64,000 nt of DNA from Candidatus Kaiserbacteria bacterium (GCA_016217965.1 JACRFI010000016.1:1837-65836), one strand, 5' to 3'; shown: positions 9,725 through 20,069, numbered from the stretch's first letter. Notes: generated from the sequence alone by a model not told the origin. Translations and numbers: made by a program.

Positions 9725-10948
9725 TTGTTAATGTCGCGGTTTACATACACCGCCGAGAAAGCGGACGGCGAGGTCTACAAAGGCGTTGCGGAAGCGCGCG
9801 ACCGTTTTGACCTCTATACCATCGTCCGGCGCGAAGGCGGGCGCATCATTGGCGTTGATGAGTCGAAGAGCCGTGATCTTCTCAGCCTTTCATATTGGAA
9901 TTCAAAGCTGACCACCGTTTCGGAATACGAGCGAATTCTTCTCGCGCGCAACCTTGGTGCAATGCTTTCGGCCGGCCTCGCTCTTTCCCGCGCGCTCGCC
10001 GTTTTGGAGCGGCAGACAAGGAACGCGAAACTATCGAATGTAGTATCGCAACTTGCGAGCGAAGTGAGGCGCGGCGACCCTCTGCACACTGCACTATCGA
10101 AATTTCCGAATATTTTCTCGAAACTGTTCGTCGCGATGGTGCGCTCGGGGGAAGAAGGGGGAGATTTGCCGCAGTCCCTCTCGGTCATCGCGGACCAAAT
10201 GGAGCGGATGTACAACCTGAAGAAAAAAGTGCGAGGCGCGCTCATCTATCCCGCTATCGTCCTCGGCGCGATAGTCGGCATCGGGGTTCTCATGATGATA
10301 AAAGTGGTGCCGACTCTGGCGCAGACATTTGCCGAAATGGGAGCGGAGTTGCCCGCTTCCACGCAAACCATCATTGCTATCAGTAATTTCCTCGTCCGCT
10401 ACACCATCCTTGCTGCAGCGCTTTTCATTTTTATCGTTGGAAGCATTTATTTTGCGGTTAAAACGCCAGTTGGGGGGCGGGTGCTCGATTTCATTTTCCT
10501 CAAGCTGCCTCTCATCGGAAAATTAGTGCGGGAAGTGAATGCTGCACGCACATCGCGCACGCTCTCCTCGCTCCTTTCATCTGGCGTGGACATGCTTACG
10601 TCCCTAGATATCACCACAGAAGTCATACAAAATAGTTATTTCAAAGAAGTCGTTCAGATTGCAAAAGCGAGCGTTGGAAAGGGCGAACCTCTTTCGGCGG
10701 CGTTCACCAGGCGCGAAGACCTCTATCCGGCGTTCGTGGGGGAGATGATGTCCGTCGGCGAAGAAACGGGGCAACTGACAGAAATGATGAAGCGCCTTGC
10801 TATCTACTATGAGGACGAAGTGGATAGGCAGACGAAAGATATGTCGACCGTTATCGAACCGTTCCTCATGGTATTCATCGGCGGCGCTGTCGGATTCTTT
10901 GCAGTCTCGATGATCTCTCCGATATATTCTCTTTCGCAGGCGATTTGA
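9725..10948 (+). CDS. pilC: type IV pilus inner-membrane platform protein PilC (GspF family)
   Basis: Two T2SS-F repeats, 3 TM segments, 407 aa. Confidence 0.85.
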   Translation: MLMSRFTYTAEKADGEVYKGVAEARDRFDLYTIVRREGGRIIGVDESKSRDLLSLSYWNSKLTTVSEYERILLARNLGAMLSAGLALSRALAVLERQTRNAKLSNVVSQLASEVRRGDPLHTALSKFPNIFSKLFVAMVRSGEEGGDLPQSLSVIADQMERMYNLKKKVRGALIYPAIVLGAIVGIGVLMMIKVVPTLAQTFAEMGAELPASTQTIIAISNFLVRYTILAAALFIFIVGSIYFAVKTPVGGRVLDFIFLKLPLIGKLVREVNAARTSRTLSSLLSSGVDMLTSLDITTEVIQNSYFKEVVQIAKASVGKGEPLSAAFTRREDLYPAFVGEMMSVGEETGQLTEMMKRLAIYYEDEVDRQTKDMSTVIEPFLMVFIGGAVGFFAVSMISPIYSLSQAI

Positions 10949-10951
10949 TGC

Positions 10952-13198
10952 ATGTCGGAGATGAAAGACAGCTTGGGAGGTGGGGAACATGCTCTTGAAC
11001 TTGAGGAGCAGGTAGAAAAACGGCACGGTGACATATACATAAATCTCTATGAGAAGAATAAAAAAAGAGAATGGGTCGAGGACCCGGAAGATAAAACAAA
11101 AAAAATCGAAAAACCAGCAGCATTTGCAAAGCTACACGAGTATGAAGATTTTTTTTACATCAAGTACATGTATGTGGATCCCGAATACCGGGAAAAGGGC
11201 ATCGGGAGTAAGTTTTTGCATCCAAAAATAAAGCGGTTCTTGGATGCTCAAACTGGTACAAAAAAGCTCGGACTTCGTTTTAGTGAGCGTTCCTATGACC
11301 ACGCTGAGCCTGAAATAGCGGCTGATCTCGGATGGAAGAAATTGTCTTCACGCCCTTGGTATATGTATGTGCCTGAGGGTGCCAGTATGCCCGATGAAGA
11401 ACGCGTCATGCAAATGATACTCACTGCGGCGCCAGAATACGAAGAGTATTTGGTTCGCTCTGGAGCGCGTGGAGTAACACTCATCGACACCATCGTCGGC
11501 ACGGCGCTTCTTGTGCTTGTCTTTGTTGGGATTACTGCCGCATTTCAGCTCTCTGTTGATGTCGTGACAAATAATAAAGCGAGGGCGGGGGCCATCGCGC
11601 TTGCGAACGAGCGTATCGAATACATCCGCAGCCTTCCGTATGATTCTGTCGGCACAACGGGCGGCGTTCCAGCGGGGACTATCGTCCAGACGGAAGCTGT
11701 GGAACTGAATGGCATTTCCTACACACGCCGCACCATCATTCTCTATCGTGACGACCCGAAAGACGGCACGGGCGCGGGGGATACCAATGCGAACACCGCC
11801 GATTACAAAGCGGCAAAAACTGAAGTTTCGTGGGTGCCGCGCCAGGGCGGGCTTCGCAAAATTTCGCTTACAACTCGCGTTTCTCCCATCGGCATCGAGC
11901 AGGCGGTGCCGGGTGGAACACTTGCGCTCAGTATCCTGAACGCTGGTGCCGCGCCTGTCCCCGACGCACAGGTATTCATACAGAACAACAGCACGTTTCC
12001 CACGATACAAATGACTCTGTTTTCAGATGCTAACGGGAACGTAACAGTCATCGGGGCCCCCGCCAGTGCTGGGTATCGAATAGTGGTATCGAAAAGCGGA
12101 TACTCGACGGCGCAAACGTACGATTCGTCCGCGGAGAATACGAATCCGACGCCGGGGCATCTCACTGTTGCGTTGAACCAGACGACATCGTTCCCATTTT
12201 CGATAGACGTTATATCAATTAAGAACGTAAGGACATTTTCTCCTGTCGAGTCGTCGACAACAACTGACCCGCTGAATGACTCATCAAGCATTGCGGATAT
12301 CGCAAATGTTGAGATCGTGGGGGGCAGCGCAAAACTTGTCGGGCCTGCGCCCCACTCGACGCCAGGGCATCTGCGCTCTACTGCGATCGCGCCGACATAT
12401 CTGCAGGCGTGGAGAATGTTCAATTGGAGCGATGTGAAGCCAGCTCAAACAAATATCCTGCACCGCCTATACTCAGGTGATGGAAGCCAGCTGATTCCAG
12501 ATGAGATGGTGCCGGGGAATAGTTTGGGGTTCAGCATGCCGCCTATCGATATTTCACTTGTTTCGACCACAACGTATCCATCACTCGCACTCCATGCAAC
12601 ACTTGGCACTGCAGACGAGAATACAACGCCTGAACTCTTGATGTGGGAAGTATCGTACGACGAAGGCCCGATCCCGCTTCCCAACATCACGTTTGGGTTG
12701 AAGGGTGCAAAGACAATCGGGAATGGCCCGGGCGGGCTTGTCTACAAATACAGTACGACCACACTCGCGACAGGAGCGACAGCAGGCGTCGGCGTCGGCA
12801 ATCTTGAGTACGACACATACACGACGACTGTTGATTCGGCGACGGGATACGACATTGCCTCGTCATGCGAGCCGCAACCAGAGAGCCTTCCCCCCAACAC
12901 CTACCAAGAAACAAAACTTATTCTTGTTCCCCACACAACTAATTCGCTTCTTGTGGACGTGAGAGCGAATAATGCGCTTGTCCCGAATGCAACGGTGCGC
13001 CTGTATCGGTCGCCCGGATACAACATCACGGAAACAGCAGATTATTGCGGCCAAGCGTTCTTTGAAGGTCTTGGAGTTGGGACGCAGGGGGGCGGAAACC
13101 CGTATTCAATAGAAGTATCGGCGCCCGGATATGCCACCTTTAATGCGGCGGATGTGAATGTGTCAGGGACTTCACGGCTGTCGGTAGTGCTAAATTAG
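10952..13198 (+). CDS. large pseudopilin-like protein with GNAT-like N-terminal extension
   Basis: Prepilin-type segment 'RG|VTLIDTIVGTALLVLVFVGITAAF' at residues about 165-190 preceded by about 145 aa containing GNAT motif-A-like 'YVDPEYREKGIGSKFL'; C-terminal about 560 aa beta-rich with CarboxypepD_reg-like end. Alternative internal starts at 11387/11408/11414. Confidence 0.55.
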   Translation: MSEMKDSLGGGEHALELEEQVEKRHGDIYINLYEKNKKREWVEDPEDKTKKIEKPAAFAKLHEYEDFFYIKYMYVDPEYREKGIGSKFLHPKIKRFLDAQTGTKKLGLRFSERSYDHAEPEIAADLGWKKLSSRPWYMYVPEGASMPDEERVMQMILTAAPEYEEYLVRSGARGVTLIDTIVGTALLVLVFVGITAAFQLSVDVVTNNKARAGAIALANERIEYIRSLPYDSVGTTGGVPAGTIVQTEAVELNGISYTRRTIILYRDDPKDGTGAGDTNANTADYKAAKTEVSWVPRQGGLRKISLTTRVSPIGIEQAVPGGTLALSILNAGAAPVPDAQVFIQNNSTFPTIQMTLFSDANGNVTVIGAPASAGYRIVVSKSGYSTAQTYDSSAENTNPTPGHLTVALNQTTSFPFSIDVISIKNVRTFSPVESSTTTDPLNDSSSIADIANVEIVGGSAKLVGPAPHSTPGHLRSTAIAPTYLQAWRMFNWSDVKPAQTNILHRLYSGDGSQLIPDEMVPGNSLGFSMPPIDISLVSTTTYPSLALHATLGTADENTTPELLMWEVSYDEGPIPLPNITFGLKGAKTIGNGPGGLVYKYSTTTLATGATAGVGVGNLEYDTYTTTVDSATGYDIASSCEPQPESLPPNTYQETKLILVPHTTNSLLVDVRANNALVPNATVRLYRSPGYNITETADYCGQAFFEGLGVGTQGGGNPYSIEVSAPGYATFNAADVNVSGTSRLSVVLN

Positions 13199-13229
13199 TC
13201 ACCAGTCATTAGTCATAAGTCACAAGAGC

Positions 13230-13862
13230 ATGCAATTCCCCAAAAACACTCATGACTGCAGACTCATGACCCATGACTGTTCGCGTTCACGCGGCATGAC
13301 ATTCATTGAGGTACTTGTTTCCATAGCGGTGTTCGTGTTCGCTATTATCGCCATCGTTTCTTCGGTTCTGTACTTCTATCGCACGAACACATATGCCATC
13401 GAGCAGGCGAGCGCTGTCTCAAGCGCGCAGCGCGGCATCGAGGAAACGGTGAAAACCATTCGTGAGGCGTCATATGCATCAAATGGCGCGTATCCTGTCG
13501 TGTCGATTGCGCCGAACGACTTTACGTTCTATGCGGACATTGATGCAGACCCATTCGTCGAACGTATCCGGTATTATGTGCAAGGGACATCGTTCTTCCG
13601 CGACGTTACGAACCCGGCGGGCGACCCGCCTACGTATGGCGCGCCACAAACGACCTCGGTCATCTCGGAGACAGTACGCAATATCGAACAGGGCATTCCG
13701 ACATTCCAATACTATAATTTAACTGGAGGGGAGATAACGAACTTTGCGCAGATAGCGGAAGTGCGGCTTGTCACAATGAATATCGTGGTCAACGTGGACC
13801 CGTACCGGTTGCCGAACCAATTAACACTGCGCTCGAATGCGGCACTCCGAAACCTGAAATAG
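13230..13862 (+). CDS. type IV pilin/pseudopilin (prepilin-type N-terminal cleavage/methylation domain)
   Basis: Canonical 'G|MTFIEVLVSIAVFVFAIIAIV'; leader 'MQFPKNTHDCRLMTHDCSRSRG' (alternative start 13266 gives 10-aa leader). Confidence 0.75.
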   Translation: MQFPKNTHDCRLMTHDCSRSRGMTFIEVLVSIAVFVFAIIAIVSSVLYFYRTNTYAIEQASAVSSAQRGIEETVKTIREASYASNGAYPVVSIAPNDFTFYADIDADPFVERIRYYVQGTSFFRDVTNPAGDPPTYGAPQTTSVISETVRNIEQGIPTFQYYNLTGGEITNFAQIAEVRLVTMNIVVNVDPYRLPNQLTLRSNAALRNLK

Positions 13863-13878
13863 TCCAAAGTCCAAAGTC

Positions 13879-15411
13879 ATGAGTCATAAGAAAATACAAA
13901 AGAATAGATTGCGTCCCACTGATGACTCAAGACTCATGACTCATGACTGCTCGCGAAGCTCGCGTGGTGTGACCATCATTCTCGTCGTTGCCTACATGGC
14001 AATTTTCGCGCTCGTCTTAGGCACTATCACGAGCTACTCCTTCATGCAGGCGCGCTACGGTAGGGCACTTTTTGCCAGGGAACAGGCCGTCCAAATTGCC
14101 GAAGCAGGGCTCGAATACTACCGATGGTTCCTCTCGCACACGGCAAGTGTCATGCAGAATGGGGTGGGACTCGAAACGCCGGTCACATATGTGGTGAGCG
14201 ATCCAGAAACGACGCGCATCGGTGATGCGACGGTGAGCGCAATCATCGCGTCTGCATGCGGCGTTCCGCAGTATGCCAATATCACATCGCTTGGCCGCTC
14301 CGACCAAAATCCGTCATTTACCCGCACGCTGCTCGCGCGTTACATGCGCCCGTCTGTTGCGGAATATTCGCACATCGTGAATCAGAACGTATGGGCTGGG
14401 TCAGATAGAAACATAACCGGCGCATACCATTCGAATGGCGGTGTGCGGATGGACGGCACGAACAATTCTGACGTGACGAGCGCGGTTTCTACGTGGATAT
14501 GCGATTCAGGCTTCGGGTGCGCACCGACGAATAACAGTGCTCCAGGCGTGTTCGGCTCCGGCTCCGGGAGCGCATTGTGGGACTACCCTGAGCCGCAGAT
14601 AAGCTTTGAAGGTATCGGCTCCAATTTTTCCGCGCTTCGCGGCTACGCGTATGTAGACGGCATTCTCTTATCCGGGACGACGACCCGCGTAAATGGCGCA
14701 CAGCAGGGGGGTTCGTATTCATCAGTTGCGGCGAGTGACCAGCGTGGATATCGGCTCGTATTCAATTCGAATGGCACAGTCAGCATCTACCGGGTGACTG
14801 GCACTTCATATGTTCGCGGATACAACAACATGCTTGGCTGGCATAACGATTACTCCATTATCTCGAGCTCGGTTTCTCTCGGCACATTCACACCGCCATC
14901 AGACTGTGCGCTCATCTATGTGAACGCTAAAACGTGGATAGAAGGAACTGTTTCCGGAAAAATAACGCTCGTCGCCGCAGACACCGGCTCGTACAGCCCG
15001 GATGTGATCTTCAATAACAACCTTACGTATGCCACAGCAGACGGCTCTACTGGGCTCACCGTTATCGCAGAGCGCTCGATCCAGGTGCCGCTCGTGTCGC
15101 CTGACACAATGACGATACGAGGTATCTTCGTCGCCCAAAGTGGCTTATTCGGGCGCAATCATTTCACCTCGTCTGGCTCGAATGAAGTGCCATCACAATA
15201 TGACCAGTATGTTTCGCAATCGACGCTGACAACGAACGGCTCCGTGGTATCGAATCTGCGCGTCGGGACAAAGTGGATCTGCGGCGGCACGTACTGCTCT
15301 GGGTATAATACGCGTGTCGACAATTACGACCGTGTGCTTGCGCTTGATCCGCCGCCATTTACGCCCGCTGCGTCGACGGACTACAAATTTGTACTATGGC
15401 GCGAGCAGTAA
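13879..15411 (+). CDS. large pilin-like (minor pilin/tip) protein
   Basis: 'RLMTHDCSRSSRG|VTIILVVAYMAIFALVLGTI' leader and hydrophobic N-terminus paralogous to 13230 gene but lacking Glu+5; about 480-aa beta-rich body. Confidence 0.6.
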   Translation: MSHKKIQKNRLRPTDDSRLMTHDCSRSSRGVTIILVVAYMAIFALVLGTITSYSFMQARYGRALFAREQAVQIAEAGLEYYRWFLSHTASVMQNGVGLETPVTYVVSDPETTRIGDATVSAIIASACGVPQYANITSLGRSDQNPSFTRTLLARYMRPSVAEYSHIVNQNVWAGSDRNITGAYHSNGGVRMDGTNNSDVTSAVSTWICDSGFGCAPTNNSAPGVFGSGSGSALWDYPEPQISFEGIGSNFSALRGYAYVDGILLSGTTTRVNGAQQGGSYSSVAASDQRGYRLVFNSNGTVSIYRVTGTSYVRGYNNMLGWHNDYSIISSSVSLGTFTPPSDCALIYVNAKTWIEGTVSGKITLVAADTGSYSPDVIFNNNLTYATADGSTGLTVIAERSIQVPLVSPDTMTIRGIFVAQSGLFGRNHFTSSGSNEVPSQYDQYVSQSTLTTNGSVVSNLRVGTKWICGGTYCSGYNTRVDNYDRVLALDPPPFTPAASTDYKFVLWREQ

Positions 15412-16283
15412 CCATTCTTGTTATAGTGTTGCTTGCGGGTATCGCATCCGCGGACCAATTTAATGACAATTATTTCCAACAGCCGGGGGATCCACCACTT
15501 GATCTCACACACGAAAGTGGGGAAAAGGGTGGATACATACCAGAACCGCCTCCCAGCAACGAAGATGATTCTGAGGAAGATGAGAAAACAAACGATGTTC
15601 CTGTCGTGCCTCCCCAGCAAACTGTAATAGAAACCGAAGAAGATGCGCTCCAGGTTCTTGTCGAAGAAGGGGCGGTGAGCGTCGAAGATGCGGGAGTAGC
15701 GGCAATCGGGATCGAGGAGGACGACGGCGGAGGGTACAGCATCGTAGTTGATGGCGACAAAGTGCGGGCCTCCGCAGGCAGCAATGTCGATATTGGAAGC
15801 GTTCTCAAATTCTGGAGAGGCATAAAAGGGAAATTCTCGACCAGTAAGGGAAAAAATGTCGCGAATAAGGGGCGACTGACAACAGGAGAGTACTATGCGC
15901 TCATCGCAAGCGAGCTTGCGGTCGATGACGAAAATCTTGATGAAGCAGCACTTTCGGCGTCCCGTTTCGAGATATCGTATCGTTCTCGGGGCAAACTGTT
16001 TGCGCTTATACCACTTTCGTTCCCCGTCCGTGTGGAGGTGACAGGTGCCGCAGAGATTTCGGCTGACCGCGTGCATATAAAACTACCGTGGTACCGGTGG
16101 TTTGTGCGCAAGTACTTCTCCGCAAGCTCGCTGGCCTCTGAAGTGGATGCAGTAGTCCTTAAAGAATTATCGGCGCTTCCACCGGAAGCGGAAGATGTGC
16201 AAGCCGTCCTATTCACTGCGGTCACGGACTTTTTACGCCAGAAAGTGCAGACTATTTCTGACTCGATCCTACTTGGTGCTTGA
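15396..16283 (+). CDS. secreted acidic protein (hypothetical, pilus-operon associated)
   Basis: Signal peptide 'MARAVTILVIVLLAGIASA', highly acidic Glu/Asp stretch. Confidence 0.4.
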   Translation: MARAVTILVIVLLAGIASADQFNDNYFQQPGDPPLDLTHESGEKGGYIPEPPPSNEDDSEEDEKTNDVPVVPPQQTVIETEEDALQVLVEEGAVSVEDAGVAAIGIEEDDGGGYSIVVDGDKVRASAGSNVDIGSVLKFWRGIKGKFSTSKGKNVANKGRLTTGEYYALIASELAVDDENLDEAALSASRFEISYRSRGKLFALIPLSFPVRVEVTGAAEISADRVHIKLPWYRWFVRKYFSASSLASEVDAVVLKELSALPPEAEDVQAVLFTAVTDFLRQKVQTISDSILLGA

Positions 16284-17318
16284 GATGGTACGAGCGATTT
16301 GTGTTTTCACAGAGAAATCGCGCCGCAGCTCTCTTTTTGTTACTTGAAATATGACATTCTCGATTTTGCGCATGAATCTCTCTACTACTTGGGCTGTATT
16401 GCCCGTACCATACTTGATTTGAAATTCGCGAGAAGGTTGATTCCCGAACTTCGTCACGTACGCATCAACCAACTCTGGATCGATGCCCGTATCCGCGAGT
16501 TGAGTCATAACACTGCTCCGAATGTCCTGGTTTCCAGAAAATAACTGGCGGAATACAGGCATCAGCAACTGTTCAATATCTGCTGTCCATCCATGTTCCG
16601 CCAGCGATTCTAAGAAATTTTTGGCATCTGATGAACGCATCATTGCGATGACACAATCTTCAGCACGATCTTCTGAATACACGAAGCCGAGTCTTTGCAG
16701 TTGTGCCGTCGCCATATCAATCTGCAGTCTACGAGCCTGTGCCCCGCGCTGATAGTCTTGGAAGAGAGACTGTAGATCAACTTCCACACGTTTCAGCTCG
16801 TCCTCGGTAAGTTTGAATTCGCGAAGCATGCGCTTTGTCGTCTTCCATGTGTTCTGTAAATGTTTGCTCATCAGTGCAGTCACAAGTGATTCAATCCCCC
16901 TGCGATCATGTGCAAGAAATATATTCGTATGTTTCGCCATAATGTTAATAGAAGGCCGTATTCGTTTTGAAGATAATGTGGCCAGATATTCTCTCGCAAT
17001 GTCTGCAGCCGGTTTTGATCGAGGGAACTCGTGTTCGAGGATGAACGGAAGAAATATCATACAGAAACGCAAGGCATTGTTTCCCATTTCTTGCACGAGA
17101 ATCTCATACTGTTTTACTGCTCGCTTAAATACAGGATCTTGTTCTCGTTCCATATCAGGCAACGTAAGAAGCCTATTAGCATCTGCGGGACCTACCAGAT
17201 CTATCATCCGTTGAACTTGCTTGCCTATGGCATCTGAAATTTCATCAGCAGAATCTACTCTGGCCTTGCCGACTCGTTCAATCACAGATTTCCGTGGTCT
17301 AGGAACGTCAATCGTCAT
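16269..17318 (-). CDS. hypothetical protein
   Basis: 349 aa, no recognisable motif. Confidence 0.45.
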   Translation of the reverse strand: MTIDVPRPRKSVIERVGKARVDSADEISDAIGKQVQRMIDLVGPADANRLLTLPDMEREQDPVFKRAVKQYEILVQEMGNNALRFCMIFLPFILEHEFPRSKPAADIAREYLATLSSKRIRPSINIMAKHTNIFLAHDRRGIESLVTALMSKHLQNTWKTTKRMLREFKLTEDELKRVEVDLQSLFQDYQRGAQARRLQIDMATAQLQRLGFVYSEDRAEDCVIAMMRSSDAKNFLESLAEHGWTADIEQLLMPVFRQLFSGNQDIRSSVMTQLADTGIDPELVDAYVTKFGNQPSREFQIKYGTGNTAQVVERFMRKIENVIFQVTKRELRRDFSVKTQIARTISSTK

Positions 17319-17413
17319 TCCTTAAGGGTATCTTGACTTGCCCGTAGCTTCAAATGCTGGCGTAGCATAATATTCCTATCTTTACCACGGGGAGGACATG
17401 CTACAATCGCGCC

Positions 17414-18166
17414 ATGTCGAAGGCGCTCATTGTGGCGAATTGGAAAATGAACCCGGCGACGTTCAAAGAAGCAAGAAAACTGCTCGACGAAACACAGAAA
17501 GCTGCGGAACGAACAAAAATCTCGGTTGTTATCGCGCCGCCCGCAATTTTCTTACGCGAATTTACCTCTCGCTCGAGAGGTGCGCGCATCTCCTTTGCGG
17601 CGCAGCATGCACACCAAGAGGCGGGCGGCGCACATACCGGCGAAATTTCTATCCAGCAAATGAGGGACGCGAAAGCAAAATACGTGCTCATCGGCCATGC
17701 GGAGCGCCGCGCTCGGGGAGAGACGAACGATGATACGAGGCTTAAAGTTGCCGCATCGCTCGCAAAGGGCCTTACGCCCATCCTGTGTGTTGGCGAAACA
17801 AAACGTACGCAGAGCGGCGAATATTTCAATGTGATAGCCGAGCAGCTACGAACGGCGCTCGCGGATGTTGCTGCGAACAAACTCGCTCACATCATCATCG
17901 TGTACGAGCCACTCTGGACGATAGGGTCGGACAAAACGATGGACCCTCGCGAGATGCAGATGATGGCGATTTTCATTCGAAAGACCATTGTGGATTCATT
18001 CGGCGAAGGCGGACACGATATAAGAATACTCTATGGAGGTTCGGTAGATGCGGCGAGTGCACCTGCAATGCTTCGGGATGGAGATGTCCACGGTCTCCTC
18101 GTCGGGCGGGCGAGTTGGAGTGCGGTAGAATTTGCGCATCTTTTAACCGCTGCAGAAAATGCATGA
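17414..18166 (+). CDS. tpiA: triosephosphate isomerase
   Basis: 'VANWKMN' N-terminus, catalytic 'IGHAERR', 'YEPLWTIG' (TIM signature). Confidence 0.9.
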   Translation: MSKALIVANWKMNPATFKEARKLLDETQKAAERTKISVVIAPPAIFLREFTSRSRGARISFAAQHAHQEAGGAHTGEISIQQMRDAKAKYVLIGHAERRARGETNDDTRLKVAASLAKGLTPILCVGETKRTQSGEYFNVIAEQLRTALADVAANKLAHIIIVYEPLWTIGSDKTMDPREMQMMAIFIRKTIVDSFGEGGHDIRILYGGSVDAASAPAMLRDGDVHGLLVGRASWSAVEFAHLLTAAENA

Positions 18167-19299
18167 AAATTATTACTGATCTTCCCGCGAGTGATTTGAA
18201 AGGAAAGCGGGTTGTTGTGCGTGCAGATTTTAATGTGCCTATTGGGCAGGATGGAGAAGTTGCGGAAGCCTTTCGCCTAAAACAAGGATGGAGCACCATC
18301 CAATATTTGAAAGAAAGGGGCGCGAAAGTCATCGTGCTTTCGCACATCGGCAGGAAGCCGGAAGAGACGCTCGCGCCAGTAGGGAGGGCGCTCAAGCACA
18401 TTGGACAGGCTGTGTATGTTCCGGATCTCTTGGGGCCAGCCGCGAGGGGCGCTGTCCAGTCGATCAAAGATGGCGAAGTGTTACTTTTGGAGAACGTGCG
18501 CAGTGACGCGAGAGAGACGGAAAATGATGAGTCGCTTGCGAAAGAGCTTGCCTCGTATGGAGAACTTTTTGTGAATGACGCTTTTGCAGCGGCGCATCGC
18601 GCACATGCCTCGACAGTCGGCATCGCGAAATTCCTACCATCGTACGCAGGACTCCTTGTCCGCGACGAAGTGTTGCAGCTTGAGGCAGCTTTGTCTCCCC
18701 AAAGTCCCTCGTTCGCAATCCTTGGAGGCGCGAAATTCGAAACAAAAGCGCCACTCATAAAATCCCTTCTGCAGAATTATGATCATTTGTTCATCACGGG
18801 TGCGCTTGCGAACGATGTTTTCAAGGCTCGAGGGCTTCCTGTTGGGCGCTCGCTTATCTCAAAAGAATTGCCGAGTGAAGATATCTTGAAACACCCGGGC
18901 TTTATTGCTCCTGTTGACGTGACCGCGGAACGCTCCGACGGGCAAGCGCGAGTAAAAGAACCGGAAGATGTCGAAGCTGACGATAAAATTGTCGATATAG
19001 GGCCGGATTCTTTGGCGCTCATCGCACCATACATTGAAAAAGCTAATTTTATTCTTTGGAACGGCCCCACCGGCCTCTACGAAGATGGCTACACGTCGTG
19101 GACGCATGCAATCGCTGTACTTGTTGCAAAGGCTCATGCGCGAGGCGCATCTGTAGTTATCGGTGGCGGCGATACTATCGCAGCTATCGAAGGGTCAGGC
19201 ATAAAACAGTCTGACCTTGGATTTCTCTCAACAGGTGGCGGCGCTATGCTTGAGTATCTTATGAAAGGAACACTTCCTGCGATTGAGGTTTTGGGGTAG
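18163..19299 (+). CDS. pgk: phosphoglycerate kinase
   Basis: 'KRVVVRADFNVP' N-terminal signature; ATG 18163 overlaps tpiA stop as ATGA (the track's 17785 start is a spurious upstream extension). Confidence 0.9.
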   Translation: MKIITDLPASDLKGKRVVVRADFNVPIGQDGEVAEAFRLKQGWSTIQYLKERGAKVIVLSHIGRKPEETLAPVGRALKHIGQAVYVPDLLGPAARGAVQSIKDGEVLLLENVRSDARETENDESLAKELASYGELFVNDAFAAAHRAHASTVGIAKFLPSYAGLLVRDEVLQLEAALSPQSPSFAILGGAKFETKAPLIKSLLQNYDHLFITGALANDVFKARGLPVGRSLISKELPSEDILKHPGFIAPVDVTAERSDGQARVKEPEDVEADDKIVDIGPDSLALIAPYIEKANFILWNGPTGLYEDGYTSWTHAIAVLVAKAHARGASVVIGGGDTIAAIEGSGIKQSDLGFLSTGGGAMLEYLMKGTLPAIEVLG

Positions 19300-19308
19300 T
19301 CTCGAAGC

Positions 19309-20001
19309 ATGCAGGCTGTTGTACTTGCCGCGGGTCTAGGAACGCGGATGGGGGAATGGACAAAAACGAAACCGAAATCGCTCGTTGAAATTGCTGGGAA
19401 GACGATTCTCGAGCATAAATTTGATGAGTTCCCGGAACCAATAGATGAACTGGTGCTTGTGATAGGTCATTTTGGCGAGCAAATTCGAGCGAAATTTGGC
19501 AATGTCTACAAAGGAAAAAAAATTACCTACGTCGATTGCCCGAACCCAGTGGGGGGGACGATGTATGCTCTCGCATGCGCGAGATCAGTTTTGCATGGAA
19601 GATTTCTTGCAACAAACGGGGACGATATCCATCTGAAAGGCGACATTGAGAACTGTTTGCAACACGAATGGGCACTTGCCATCATGCAATTGGCTGACCT
19701 GGGAACTGCTTCGAAAGTTGAAATTGACGCAAGTGGAAAGATTTTGAATATTGTCGAAGCGGACACACATGGGGGCGGTGCCGGGCTTGGTGGCGTTGGC
19801 CTGTACATTCTCGATCAAAGAGTTTTCGATGTACCGCCTGTTGTAGTGCGCGGACGCACCGAAACTGGTCTCCCACAGACGATGGTGGCCGCGTCCAAAG
19901 CGCTAGGTATACCAATAACGACTGTTAAGGTCTCGAAAGTTGTACACATCACAACACTTCGTGACGTGGTGGCCGCAGAAGCGGAGAAAATATTTGGGTA
20001 A
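19309..20001 (+). CDS. sugar-phosphate nucleotidyltransferase (NTP_transferase family)
   Basis: 'VLAAGLGTRMGEWTKTKPK' G-x-G-T-R signature. Confidence 0.7.
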   Translation: MQAVVLAAGLGTRMGEWTKTKPKSLVEIAGKTILEHKFDEFPEPIDELVLVIGHFGEQIRAKFGNVYKGKKITYVDCPNPVGGTMYALACARSVLHGRFLATNGDDIHLKGDIENCLQHEWALAIMQLADLGTASKVEIDASGKILNIVEADTHGGGAGLGGVGLYILDQRVFDVPPVVVRGRTETGLPQTMVAASKALGIPITTVKVSKVVHITTLRDVVAAEAEKIFG

Positions 20002-20069
20002 GAAATCCACACCCGTGGCGTCAGAGGGTGTATGATAACCGCATTACTTATTAGCGCCCTTTCATATCT

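Noticed and set aside
17785-18162. Upstream extension of pgk to 17785 (504-aa ORF) overlapping tpiA in another frame
   Set aside because: The pgk N-terminal signature starts at ATG 18163, which forms an ATGA overlap with the tpiA stop. The upstream part has Arg/Cys-rich nonsense composition.
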